In this document: piece by piece, positions 30,891 to 39,708 of the stretch
Layout of the letters: every line of letters starts with the position of its first letter
Numbering within the stretch: position 1 is the first letter of the stretch
Source of the DNA: Candidatus Bathyarchaeota archaeon
GTDB lineage: Archaea; Thermoproteota; Bathyarchaeia; Bathyarchaeales; Bathycorpusculaceae
Reading direction: 5' to 3'
DNA length: 64,000 bases
Assembly (NCBI GenBank): GCA_963827165.1
Contig: CAWGZR010000005.1
Location: forward strand, 448,001 to 512,000
Made by a program: the position numbers and the translations under genes
The notes under the pieces: generated by a model
What the model saw: only the letters and a program-made list of their open reading frames with translations
The model's database searches: none
What the model was told of the DNA's origin: nothing

Positions 30891-31509
30891 GCGCTTGAAA
30901 ACTTTTCACGTATGCAAGGACCTCGTAGGCCTGTTCCTTGGAAATATGCTGTTCAGATAGAGATTTTACGAGATCAGAAACTTTAGCCAAAGCGTGCACT
31001 CTAAAGCCCAGTTTCTCCAAGTTTTCCTTGCCTCCCTGCTCCCGGTTAACAACTACAAGGAAATCTTTGACGACGCCCCCTAGTTCCTGAAGAGGCTTGA
31101 TACCTTCAATTTTGGATAGCCCCTCACTTATAACATCATCAAAGAAAAGTATTTTATCGCCTCTTTCTACGTCGGCGCCGGCAATTCTGCCCGTTACTCC
31201 ATAAGACTTATCCTCTTTCCGCACTATGATGCAAGGTAGATCAAGCTTACTGGCAATGCTTGGAACAATCAGCGCCCCCTTAAGCTCGATTGAGGCCAAC
31301 TTGTTTATTCCGTTGGCAACAACTATTTTCTTGGCCTGCTCAGCAGCGGCATCGACTACAATGCAAAGTTGCTGTGGCGCAGCCAAGAGACGGGCAAGGT
31401 CAATATAATATGGGCTCGTTGCACCCGACTTGATTTTGAAGTCCCCGAATTTTAGGCATCCTGACAGGTAGAGAGCGTTAGCCACTTTATCAATTGTGCT
31501 AGACGACAT
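30874..31509 (-). CDS. pyrE: Orotate phosphoribosyltransferase
   Basis: FGDFKIKSGATSPYYIDL, VRKEDKSYG, FFDDVISEG PRPP loop. Confidence 0.9.
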   Translation of the reverse strand: MSSSTIDKVANALYLSGCLKFGDFKIKSGATSPYYIDLARLLAAPQQLCIVVDAAAEQAKKIVVANGINKLASIELKGALIVPSIASKLDLPCIIVRKEDKSYGVTGRIAGADVERGDKILFFDDVISEGLSKIEGIKPLQELGGVVKDFLVVVNREQGGKENLEKLGFRVHALAKVSDLVKSLSEQHISKEQAYEVLAYVKSFQAPKNTT

Positions 31510-31579
31510 TTCATTTTCCTCAGGTGTGAATGTAAACTTCGAAATTTAACCCTTTATCCCACTCGAAAGGAGTATCCGG

Positions 31580-32557
31580 TTAAGCTACTAAATCTGCGAT
31601 ATCTACGCTGTGCTCGTAAATCTGTCTTAGGAAAGATGCTGTAGCCAAGATTTGAGGCATCAGATCCACCGAAGCCCTTTTCGCGACACTTTCAATGCTT
31701 GCCGAGGCCGCGTCAACTTCTACATGCATGCGGCGCACGCTTGCGGCTAAAGCGATGTCTTTTGTAACAAAAGACTTCAATGCTTGCTCATGAGCGCCGT
31801 AACAGATAGTTTCCAACTCAACAAGTAACTTTTGTAGCTCGCCCGAAAATTTATGTCCGTTTAACGCAATGGCTTTTGAGGCAACTTGCACGCATGCGTC
31901 GCCGATTCCTTCGATCAAACTCGCAGCTAAACGGTAATCTAAGCATTCAATCGGCGTTATCCCGAGCTTCTCATTTAATCTTGGATTCTGAATTATAGTC
32001 CGCAAAATCCTAACAAGCAAAAAATACAGCCGGTTACTTTCATCGTCCCGCGCAATAACGTTCTTGGCCAATTCAACGTCCCCGTAAACAAAAGAGTTTG
32101 CCGCATCACGAATCATCCCTGCAACGATGGCGTAGTTTCGCTGCAGTATTTTTTCTGGCGAAGTAGAAGGCTGCTGCTGCATTAGACTGTGAAGCGAAAT
32201 TTTTGAGCTGGTTTCCTCGAAAATCTCTAATCCGGAAAGAGAGCTTGCAGTCGATTTGACAATGGCCCTAGCCGCGGAATCGATTCTGTCTTTTGCTTCA
32301 ATGTCAATTGTGTCGTAGCCTAGAAGGTATCGGCCAACAATCTCTCGTCCAAGATTCGGACCGACAGTTAAAGTAACAGTTCGGGTTGGGGGTTCAGCGT
32401 CATATTCGGAGTCAACGATGAGTTTTCCGTCGTTGGTTATGTCTATACAGACTAGAGCGCCTTTTTTGAGCCCTTTCTTTTTAGCCCAATCTCTTGGTAA
32501 GCAAACGAAAAATGTGCCTGTGGGCGTTTGTTGGATCTTGCGTAGATCAGCCGTTAA
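31580..32557 (-). CDS. phoU: AbrB-PhoU phosphate uptake regulator; full-length frame has no ATG/GTG/TTG start
   Basis: Frame extends without stops upstream of 32182 to ADLRKIQQTPTGTFFVCLPRDWA (AbrB domain); in-frame TGA at 32564-32566. Confidence 0.85.
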   Translation of the reverse strand, partial: LTADLRKIQQTPTGTFFVCLPRDWAKKKGLKKGALVCIDITNDGKLIVDSEYDAEPPTRTVTLTVGPNLGREIVGRYLLGYDTIDIEAKDRIDSAARAIVKSTASSLSGLEIFEETSSKISLHSLMQQQPSTSPEKILQRNYAIVAGMIRDAANSFVYGDVELAKNVIARDDESNRLYFLLVRILRTIIQNPRLNEKLGITPIECLDYRLAASLIEGIGDACVQVASKAIALNGHKFSGELQKLLVELETICYGAHEQALKSFVTKDIALAASVRRMHVEVDAASASIESVAKRASVDLMPQILATASFLRQIYEHSVDIADLVA

Positions 32558-32787
32558 GATACCTCACAGATGATATAACACATCTAAACTACGGTTCAAT
32601 TATATAAATTAATTTAGTTTTGACTAATCAATGGCGAAAAGAAGAGAGGCCGAAGGCGGGTTTCTATAGGTAAAAAGCCTCTGAAGCAGAACTTAAGCAA
32701 ATACCCCCTTAGAACGAAAAACGGTAAATAAGTCATAGACATAACAGGGTAAACATAAAGCTGTTCGAACCGGAGACCAAGCGAAGA

Positions 32788-34368
32788 ATGATGAGTGGGC
32801 AGGAAAAACTTCAAAGAGCAATCCAAGCAACAATCGCGGCTGGGTACCAGTTAGACAGCGAAGCGTTTGAGTTTCTGAGCCAAAACGCAGAAACGACCGA
32901 TCCAGTAGGCATAATGGACATAGCCCTTCAAAGGCTTTCTGACCTGCAAGAAAAACCATTTTTCATAGACAAGGTTTTCCTGGAAACTCTGGTTCAGCAG
33001 CTCACAGTTCCAACAATTACAACCAGAGAACCCGAACCCGAGCCGCAACAAAGCACAGTTGAGCAACCGCCTTCGCAGGTAATAGATCAAACTGGCTCAG
33101 CTGAAGGCAGGTTTTACCCTTACGCCAAAGACATAAAGGCCGAAATCGCGATTCTAGAAGACGCAACAGGCAAGCTTAGCTCTAACGGAACCATTGATGA
33201 GTACCTTCTGTATTTTCAAGATAGGTTTAGGCGGCTGGAGCATTTGCTAAGGCAAAGAATAGATGTGAGAGCGGCAACGCCGATACTTGAAGCATTAAAG
33301 TCTCCTGCAAAAACAAAACTCAAAATAATCTGCATGGTAAGCGAGAAAAGAGATTCAAAAAACCATATCGTTCTTTCAGTGGAAGACCTTCAAGGAACCG
33401 CCACCGTTTTGATTCCTCAAAAAGCCCCAGAAGATGTCCGAAAAAAAGCCCTGATGCTGTTGCCCGACACAGTTGTATGCTTAGCAGTAATCAAAACGCG
33501 TACCAATCTTTTCCTTGCAGAGGATATTATTTTTCCAGAAATTGGGAAAAAAACTCAGCAGAGAGCGCAAGAACCAATCTACGTTGTTTTAACTTCGGAC
33601 CTTCATATCGGGAGCACCAAATTTGAAAAGCAAGCTTTCAGGCGGTTCATCCTGTGGCTCAGGGGGAAATATGGGGACGAGCAAATGAGGGAGATAGCGG
33701 GCAGGGTAAAGTACCTCCTGATTGCAGGAGATATAGTTGACGGAGTCGGAGTGTATCCGGGGCAAGCAAAAGAATTATCGATAAGAGATGTTCATAAACA
33801 ATACGACTTCGCATTCAAATACCTCGAAAAAATCCCTAGCTACATCGAAGTAATTATATCTCCAGGCAACCATGACGCAGCGCGAAAAGCCTTGCCTCAG
33901 CCAGCAATAGCTGAAGGCTACTTGAAGGGTATGCAGGGAAAAAGCAACATCCGCTCCGTCGGCAGCCCATGCTTGCTCAGTTTACACGGGGTTGAGGTTT
34001 TGATGTACCATGGTCGTAGCTTAGACGACATTATCGGTGTAGTGCCGGGGATGGATCATGATCATCCCGAAAAAGCGATGAAGCTTCTCATGCAGAGTCG
34101 ACATTTGGCTCCTGCATATGGAGGAAAAACCATGCTTTCCCCCGAAAACCGTGACTATCTAGTTATTGATAGGGTACCAGACATCTTTCACGCAGGGCAC
34201 ATTCACGTGTTAGGCTATTGCAATTACCGTGGGGTGCTCGTCGTTAATTCGGGCGGCTGGCAGGAACAAACCGATTACATGGAAAAGCTGGGGTTAGTTC
34301 CTACACCTGGAAAGGTTCCAGTGGTGAACCTGCAAACGCTTGAAACCACAGTGCTTTCTTTTCTTTAG
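32788..34368 (+). CDS. polD1: DNA polymerase D small (proofreading) subunit DP1
   Basis: SDLHIGS, AGDIVDGVGVYPGQ, PGNHD, YHGRSLDD, RHLAPAYG, HAGHIH. Confidence 0.95.
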   Translation: MMSGQEKLQRAIQATIAAGYQLDSEAFEFLSQNAETTDPVGIMDIALQRLSDLQEKPFFIDKVFLETLVQQLTVPTITTREPEPEPQQSTVEQPPSQVIDQTGSAEGRFYPYAKDIKAEIAILEDATGKLSSNGTIDEYLLYFQDRFRRLEHLLRQRIDVRAATPILEALKSPAKTKLKIICMVSEKRDSKNHIVLSVEDLQGTATVLIPQKAPEDVRKKALMLLPDTVVCLAVIKTRTNLFLAEDIIFPEIGKKTQQRAQEPIYVVLTSDLHIGSTKFEKQAFRRFILWLRGKYGDEQMREIAGRVKYLLIAGDIVDGVGVYPGQAKELSIRDVHKQYDFAFKYLEKIPSYIEVIISPGNHDAARKALPQPAIAEGYLKGMQGKSNIRSVGSPCLLSLHGVEVLMYHGRSLDDIIGVVPGMDHDHPEKAMKLLMQSRHLAPAYGGKTMLSPENRDYLVIDRVPDIFHAGHIHVLGYCNYRGVLVVNSGGWQEQTDYMEKLGLVPTPGKVPVVNLQTLETTVLSFL

Positions 34369-34382
34369 AAGCCTTGTTCCCT

Positions 34383-35622
34383 TCATAGCTGAGCGTTGGT
34401 TTTGCGGGTTGCTTGTGGAGAATAATTGATCAGTTGGCTAAAACGAGCGTCGTCTGTGAATACGTCTCGAATGAGGCTTCTTGAAATTTCAAGTCTGATT
34501 TTTTTGGTTCTGCCGTACCTACCCATGCTAACGACCTTGGCATTCACAAGGCCCATCGAGTCAAGCTCATTTATCAGGGTGCCTAACCGACGCTGAGTCA
34601 GAAGACCAGCGCCGAATTCGCCGCACAACTCATTGTAAACGTCGTAAATTTCACCGGTTGTGGCGTTTGGCTTGTTTAGATGGTAAACACTTAGAAGCAC
34701 AAGTTTTGAGTGAAGCGTCAAGTTTTTGAGAGCTTCCACCACACGATTATGCTCAATATGTTTTTCTGCTAAACGTACATGTTCCTCTGTGATCGTAGCG
34801 GCACCCTGGCGTTCAGCAACCTCGCCTGCCACACGAAGCAGATCCAGAGCTCGACGTGCGTCTCCGTGCTCAGCAGCAGCCAAAGCCGAGCAGACACTCA
34901 GGGCTGGCTCAGTCAAAACGTTCTCGCGAAAAGACAGTTTAGAACGTTCCGAAAGAATGTTTCTAAGTTCCGCCGCGTCGTACGGTCTGAAAACCAATTC
35001 TTCCTCACTAAGTGAGCTGAAAACCCGGGGATCCAAGAACTCTTTCAACCGAAGGTCATTTGAAATGCCGATAATTGAAACTCGACTTTTCTTTAGTGTT
35101 TCATTTATTCGGGTTAGCTCATACATGAAAGCGTCTCCCTGATCTTTTATCAAGGCGTCGATTTCGTCAAGCACAATTATGAAAATGATTTTAGAAGAGT
35201 CAAGGCCTGCTCTGAACCTGTCAAAGACTTCTCCAACCGACAAACCCGTGAAAGGAATTGTCATACCTACACTTTGACTTAGAGCCGCGAAAACCCGGTA
35301 TTCTGAACCGGTCATTCTGCAATTTATGTAACAGAATTTTACCTAGGGAACCGTACTCTTTTGCCTTAAACTCAAGATGGCTCAAAACATGTTTGGCAAC
35401 TGCTGTTTTACCTGTGCCTGTTTTTCCGTAGATAAAAATGTTAGAGCATCTTGCATTTTTCAGAACTGGAGCAACCGTTTGACCCAGCAACTTTATTTGC
35501 TCCTCTCTATGGGGTAGCTTCTCAGGAACGTAATCGGTCCTAAGCACTTCTCGATCTTTGAATAATTTGACCCCATTCACGAAGCTTTCAAACACTTCAT
35601 CTAACACATTTGGATTCGCCAT
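34383..35622 (-). CDS. cdc6: Orc1/Cdc6 replication initiator, split by a single +1 frameshift near 35342
   Basis: 5' part LPHREEQI, YGKTGTGKT; 3' part VKFCYINC, VLDEID, HGDARRALDLL, SMGRYGRTK. Confidence 0.93.
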
Positions 35623-35660
35623 TCTCCCCACTTCCCCATTTTCAGAGGTACAACCGATAG

Positions 35661-36236
35661 TTCGAGTGGAACAGATAAAGGATGCAGTACAAAAAACTGG
35701 TGGTGAAGCACAACAATCCTAAAAAACCATGATGAGACTGCATCACAAGCGGATAAATCTACGTTGACACACACCCCAAAGTTTCTACTGGAAAAAATTA
35801 AGACGAGAAAGAAAAAACTAATAATTATAATATTTATTATATATACTCTGAGTAATAAGTTGTAAATTAGTATATTAAGAATAATGATTTAGAATTTTAA
35901 ATAGAAAATCTACAAAAATTTTAAGAAATATTTTGAGATTCCGCCTCGCCAAAATGCGTCGACAGGAAATGCAGGGGTGTGTCTTCTTGGATCAAATTAT
36001 GGAAAAATCTTTGAAAAACCATGGAGATTGACCATTTTCATCATGACCTGGGGAAACTTGGTTTAAGAAGTCTAATTACAAAAATCTTCTCTTCACAAAC
36101 CCTTTTTCCGTTCACAAAACTGTGAATACGTGTGAAATAGCATTGAATTTGTCGCTTAATTGCCTTTGTTTTCTCTAAAATTACCTTGTTTCTGTCTTTT
36201 TACAGTGAACAAGGCACCCCTACGCTTCCTCTGGAA
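35661..36236. other. Replication origin oriC: four ORB-like boxes and an AT-rich DUE (about 35794-35940)
   Basis: ORBs: TTCGAGTGGAACAGATAAAGGATG (+, 35661, degenerate), TTCCAGTAGAAACTTTGGGGTGT (-, 35771-35793), GTCGACAGGAAATGCAGGGGTGT (+, 35958-35980), TTCCAGAGGAAGCGTAGGGGTGC (-, 36214-36236); directly upstream of cdc6. Confidence 0.9.
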
Positions 36237-36429
36237 AAGCAGAACCGAGCAGTAACAACAATCTTTCAGCCATTTGACTTTCATGTGAAGTCAGTTATGT
36301 TCAATAGAATGAAGATCTAACGTCTTTACCAGAAATAAGCTCACAATCAGTTTTTCTTTTCACTGCTTTCACCATAACAGCTATAAGGTGTGAAGTGTAA
36401 AGTTGTGAACTCCTTAAGGTGTGCGCCTG

Positions 36430-36861
36430 ATGCCAGCTCGAAAAATGCGCGTGGAGCTGTTTGATAACGATGGCAACCGATACACCATCGCATTCGAGGG
36501 TCAAGTGACCCGAGACAAAGCTCTACGACTCTTAGACCTCGTGGAACTCCTAGGCGGCGCGCCAAGCGAAAACCCTTCATCAAACCCAAGTTCTTCAATC
36601 ACAAATGGGTTGCCTTCGCGTTTCGATAAGGTCCAGTTAGTGATTCAAAAGAGCTTCCCGTTGATTTGGTTTTCTTCCAAGGATATCCAATCTGTTTACG
36701 AGCAAGATCTTAAAGAGCCGATAGGCCTAAGCACCGTATCAACTTACCTTTCAAGAATGGCCGTCAAAGGCATGCTGCTGAGAACCGGCGGATCCAACAA
36801 TCTGAAGTACAGAAGCGCACCAAACATCCCTCAAGCAACTCTAAGACAAACCATAAAGTAG
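36430..36861 (+). CDS. Uncharacterised protein: small N-terminal alpha/beta domain plus C-terminal winged helix
   Basis: FSSKDIQSVYEQDLKEPIGLSTVSTYLSRMAVKGML...KYR wHTH pattern; AAGGTG SD before ATG 36430. Confidence 0.8.
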   Translation: MPARKMRVELFDNDGNRYTIAFEGQVTRDKALRLLDLVELLGGAPSENPSSNPSSSITNGLPSRFDKVQLVIQKSFPLIWFSSKDIQSVYEQDLKEPIGLSTVSTYLSRMAVKGMLLRTGGSNNLKYRSAPNIPQATLRQTIK

Positions 36862-36871
36862 ACGAACGAAT

Positions 36872-37663
36872 TTAGGTTGCGGGTGTTTCTTCGGTTTTCT
36901 TTAACAGCTTTTCCATCTCAGATTTGATTGTGTACTTGAAGGGTATTTTTCCGGCTTCGCGCTCAACGTAGCCGCCCTCGTAGAGTTTTTTCATCAGTCT
37001 CGCAGTGTGCTCTCTGCTTAGATGTACTTGCTCCTTTATTTCAGGCGCAGTTTTGGGTCCTTCCGAAGATAGTTTCTCCAGCACTATTATCTCCGTTTCT
37101 GTTAGGGCGGCCATTGCTTTATCGCGTTTGATTGGCATAACTGGCATAAGGGTTTCAACTTGGACTTCTGGAGGAGCGGACAACTTTTGGATTTGTTCTT
37201 CGAATCCAATGATCTTTACTTTCACTGCTTCTTGGGCCGCTTCGATGTCTTGGATCTTTGTTTCCAAACCCGCTAAACCCGACAGAATGCTTGTACTAGT
37301 CAGTTTAAGGCTTTGCGACACAACATTGACTTGTCCTTCTATAGGCGTTAGCCTCTTCTCTAAATTGTCCGCTTTTTTTATGCCTTCGTCAGCCCTGGCA
37401 AAGTTTCCCTCTATCTTGAAGGCGACCAGGTCTATTTTCTCTGCTTCACGCTTGAGTTCCCTGTGAAAGCTCATGACAATGTCTTCAACAGTGTTCTTAG
37501 CTTTCTCATATTCCCGTTGTGCCTTGCGTATCTGATTGTAATATTCAGCTGAAGTTGCAACTGTAACTGATGCTAAAGCAGCTAAGATTACAAGCGTGAG
37601 GTCAATCGTGATTTGCCACCCCTGTGACGCATTCGTGACATCGTCGGTTGCATCACACATCAC
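36872..37663 (-). CDS. Membrane-anchored coiled-coil protein with C-terminal winged helix (start uncertain: 37660 ATG or 37609 ACG)
   Basis: IDLTLVILAALASVTVATSA hydrophobic anchor, about 120 aa of heptad-rich sequence, LTETEIIVLEKL...SREHTARLMKKLYEGGYVER wHTH. Confidence 0.8.
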   Translation of the reverse strand: MMCDATDDVTNASQGWQITIDLTLVILAALASVTVATSAEYYNQIRKAQREYEKAKNTVEDIVMSFHRELKREAEKIDLVAFKIEGNFARADEGIKKADNLEKRLTPIEGQVNVVSQSLKLTSTSILSGLAGLETKIQDIEAAQEAVKVKIIGFEEQIQKLSAPPEVQVETLMPVMPIKRDKAMAALTETEIIVLEKLSSEGPKTAPEIKEQVHLSREHTARLMKKLYEGGYVEREAGKIPFKYTIKSEMEKLLKKTEETPAT

Positions 37664-37890
37664 AATTCTCCATGGACTTTTTAAGGTTTGTGGTAATGCG
37701 AGTGCGTGTTTGATATGATATCACACATCACGTTTAATTTTCTTCTACGAACGCCTTAGGATACGCCCTGTGGATCTCCTTACTTTAAGCCTATTTTCTA
37801 ATTCCAACGTTCAAGAAGCCTGATTCATTTTAGCTTCTTAGCCTTCCTCTTCTTGCGTAGAAAACTGTAGAAAATGCGTGATTTGTGACG

Positions 37891-38370
37891 TCACATTAAC
37901 GATTCTGATGGACTAGAAAGCCGTTTTAGGCTCGTTTCTAGCTCATGTCGTATGATTTCTATTACCTTTAGATGGTCTTTTAGTTCTTCTTCCTTACCTG
38001 GCATGTCTTGATGTGCCTCCAGATATTCGTGCAATTTATTGGCTATTTCGAGATACGGGTCAAGGGTTGTGCTCTCAAACACGCCCAAATACCCTAGAAG
38101 TAATACCGTATAGATCGATTTTATGACGTTTTCTTTGGACTGTCGTAGTGTCCTGTTAAACGATCCGCGACTTATTTTAGCCTTGGTTAGCCTTAAATTG
38201 GCTTTTTCATCGTATTTTAGCTGTTTGCCTGATAAATTCTCGGCTAAAACATCAATTAGGAGAGTTTCGAGCTGAGTTTTTGTCAATTGGCTGTTTTTCG
38301 CGAGTATTTGGACAATGGGATCGTTTAGTGCCCCGTTTAGCCACGCTTGTACGCCGTCTTTTAGCTTCAA
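37891..38370 (-). CDS. Uncharacterised HTH-like protein
   Basis: LTKTQLETL...YDEKA...ISRGSFNRTLRQS resembles a sigma-region-4/LuxR-type HTH; GGAGG SD. Confidence 0.7.
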   Translation of the reverse strand: MKLKDGVQAWLNGALNDPIVQILAKNSQLTKTQLETLLIDVLAENLSGKQLKYDEKANLRLTKAKISRGSFNRTLRQSKENVIKSIYTVLLLGYLGVFESTTLDPYLEIANKLHEYLEAHQDMPGKEEELKDHLKVIEIIRHELETSLKRLSSPSESLM

Positions 38371-38863
38371 ACTTAACGTTCCTCCGTATACTTCAATGAA
38401 TACATTTTTGTATACTGGCTCAAGTTTTTAAGTGTTTGTGGGCGAAAAAGTTGTTAATTGGGCAACGTAACGCCTAGAAATTTACCTAAAAAACGTAAAT
38501 AAGGAATTATCAAAGGTTCTTTTATGAATTAGCCATGAGAATGGCGTATTTACAAAATAGCGGCAAAAGCAATTGAACTCTTGGCGGAGAACTTTACCGT
38601 ATTTTACACAAAAGTTGATAGTTTTTCCCTGAGCATTTTTGTTTGAATCATCCAAAAGTCACACATTCACGGATCTAGTGGTTATTTGTCAATGCTGTTT
38701 GAGCTTTCCAACCCATTTCTTGGCGATTCACTTTCATGTGATGGGTGTGACGTCATTGATCACGCTGCGTCACTGTGATTTATACCCATGAAAGAGCTAA
38801 TGTCACATGATTCTATGGAACGCGTGATGCCTCTGTGATTCGGAGATCTTGCAGGCGAATGCC

Positions 38864-39697
38864 TTAGAAGAGTTCTGAGTATTCTTTTAGTTTGTCGAAA
38901 AGTTCAGGTCTCAGGTCTCTTAGAGTCGGAATGAATGTTTCTGCGCTTTTCAGGTCGCTGTAATCTACTTCGCATGTTACAAAGTCTTCCTCGTCGTATT
39001 TTGCCTTTGCCAAGAGGTCTCCATTTGGACTGACAAGCCTGCTTCCTCCCCAGAATTGAAGGCCATCTTGAACTCCTGCAAGATTCACGTAGGCTACGTA
39101 CGATGTGTTTTCGATTGCTCTAGCGCAGGTTAAGGTTTCAAAGTAGCTTCTGCGAACTGCAGGAGACGCAGAAATGCAAACCATTAGTTGTGCACCTTTC
39201 AGTCGGGTGAGTCTGAGCACTTCTGGGAAGAAAATGTCGTAACAAATGCATAAGCCAATGTTGCCGATGTCTGTTTGAAACGCTGCTGTTTGGTAGCCGG
39301 GGCGAAAATACCTTTTTTCCTCGAAGACGCTGTGAGTCGGTAGGTACATTTTGCGGTATTTTCCGATTAGTCCTTTGGGGCCGACAAAGACGGCGGTGTT
39401 AAAGAGTGTTGCTTGGGTTTTTTCACTCAGCTCAGGCATTCCGAAAATCAGGTGCATTCCTGTTTTTTTGGCAAGCGTTTCAGCCTTCGCAACTGCTGGT
39501 CCAGGAATAGTTTCCGCCATTTCGTAGGCTTGGTCATGAATAACATAACCTGTTAACGACATTTCTGGGAAAATAGCTAGGTCTGCCCCTTGCTCACTGG
39601 CCTTAACGGTTAATTTCTCTATTTTCTGAAAGTTCGCATCTTTATCCTCTCGCCTACTGCTTATCTGGGCAAGGGCAACCTTGATTTTGTCTTTCAT
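38864..39697 (-). CDS. Carbon-nitrogen hydrolase (nitrilase superfamily)
   Basis: FPE, YRK, ICYD catalytic triad motifs. Confidence 0.9.
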   Translation of the reverse strand: MKDKIKVALAQISSRREDKDANFQKIEKLTVKASEQGADLAIFPEMSLTGYVIHDQAYEMAETIPGPAVAKAETLAKKTGMHLIFGMPELSEKTQATLFNTAVFVGPKGLIGKYRKMYLPTHSVFEEKRYFRPGYQTAAFQTDIGNIGLCICYDIFFPEVLRLTRLKGAQLMVCISASPAVRRSYFETLTCARAIENTSYVAYVNLAGVQDGLQFWGGSRLVSPNGDLLAKAKYDEEDFVTCEVDYSDLKSAETFIPTLRDLRPELFDKLKEYSELF

Positions 39698-39708
39698 TTG
39701 CTTTCCCT

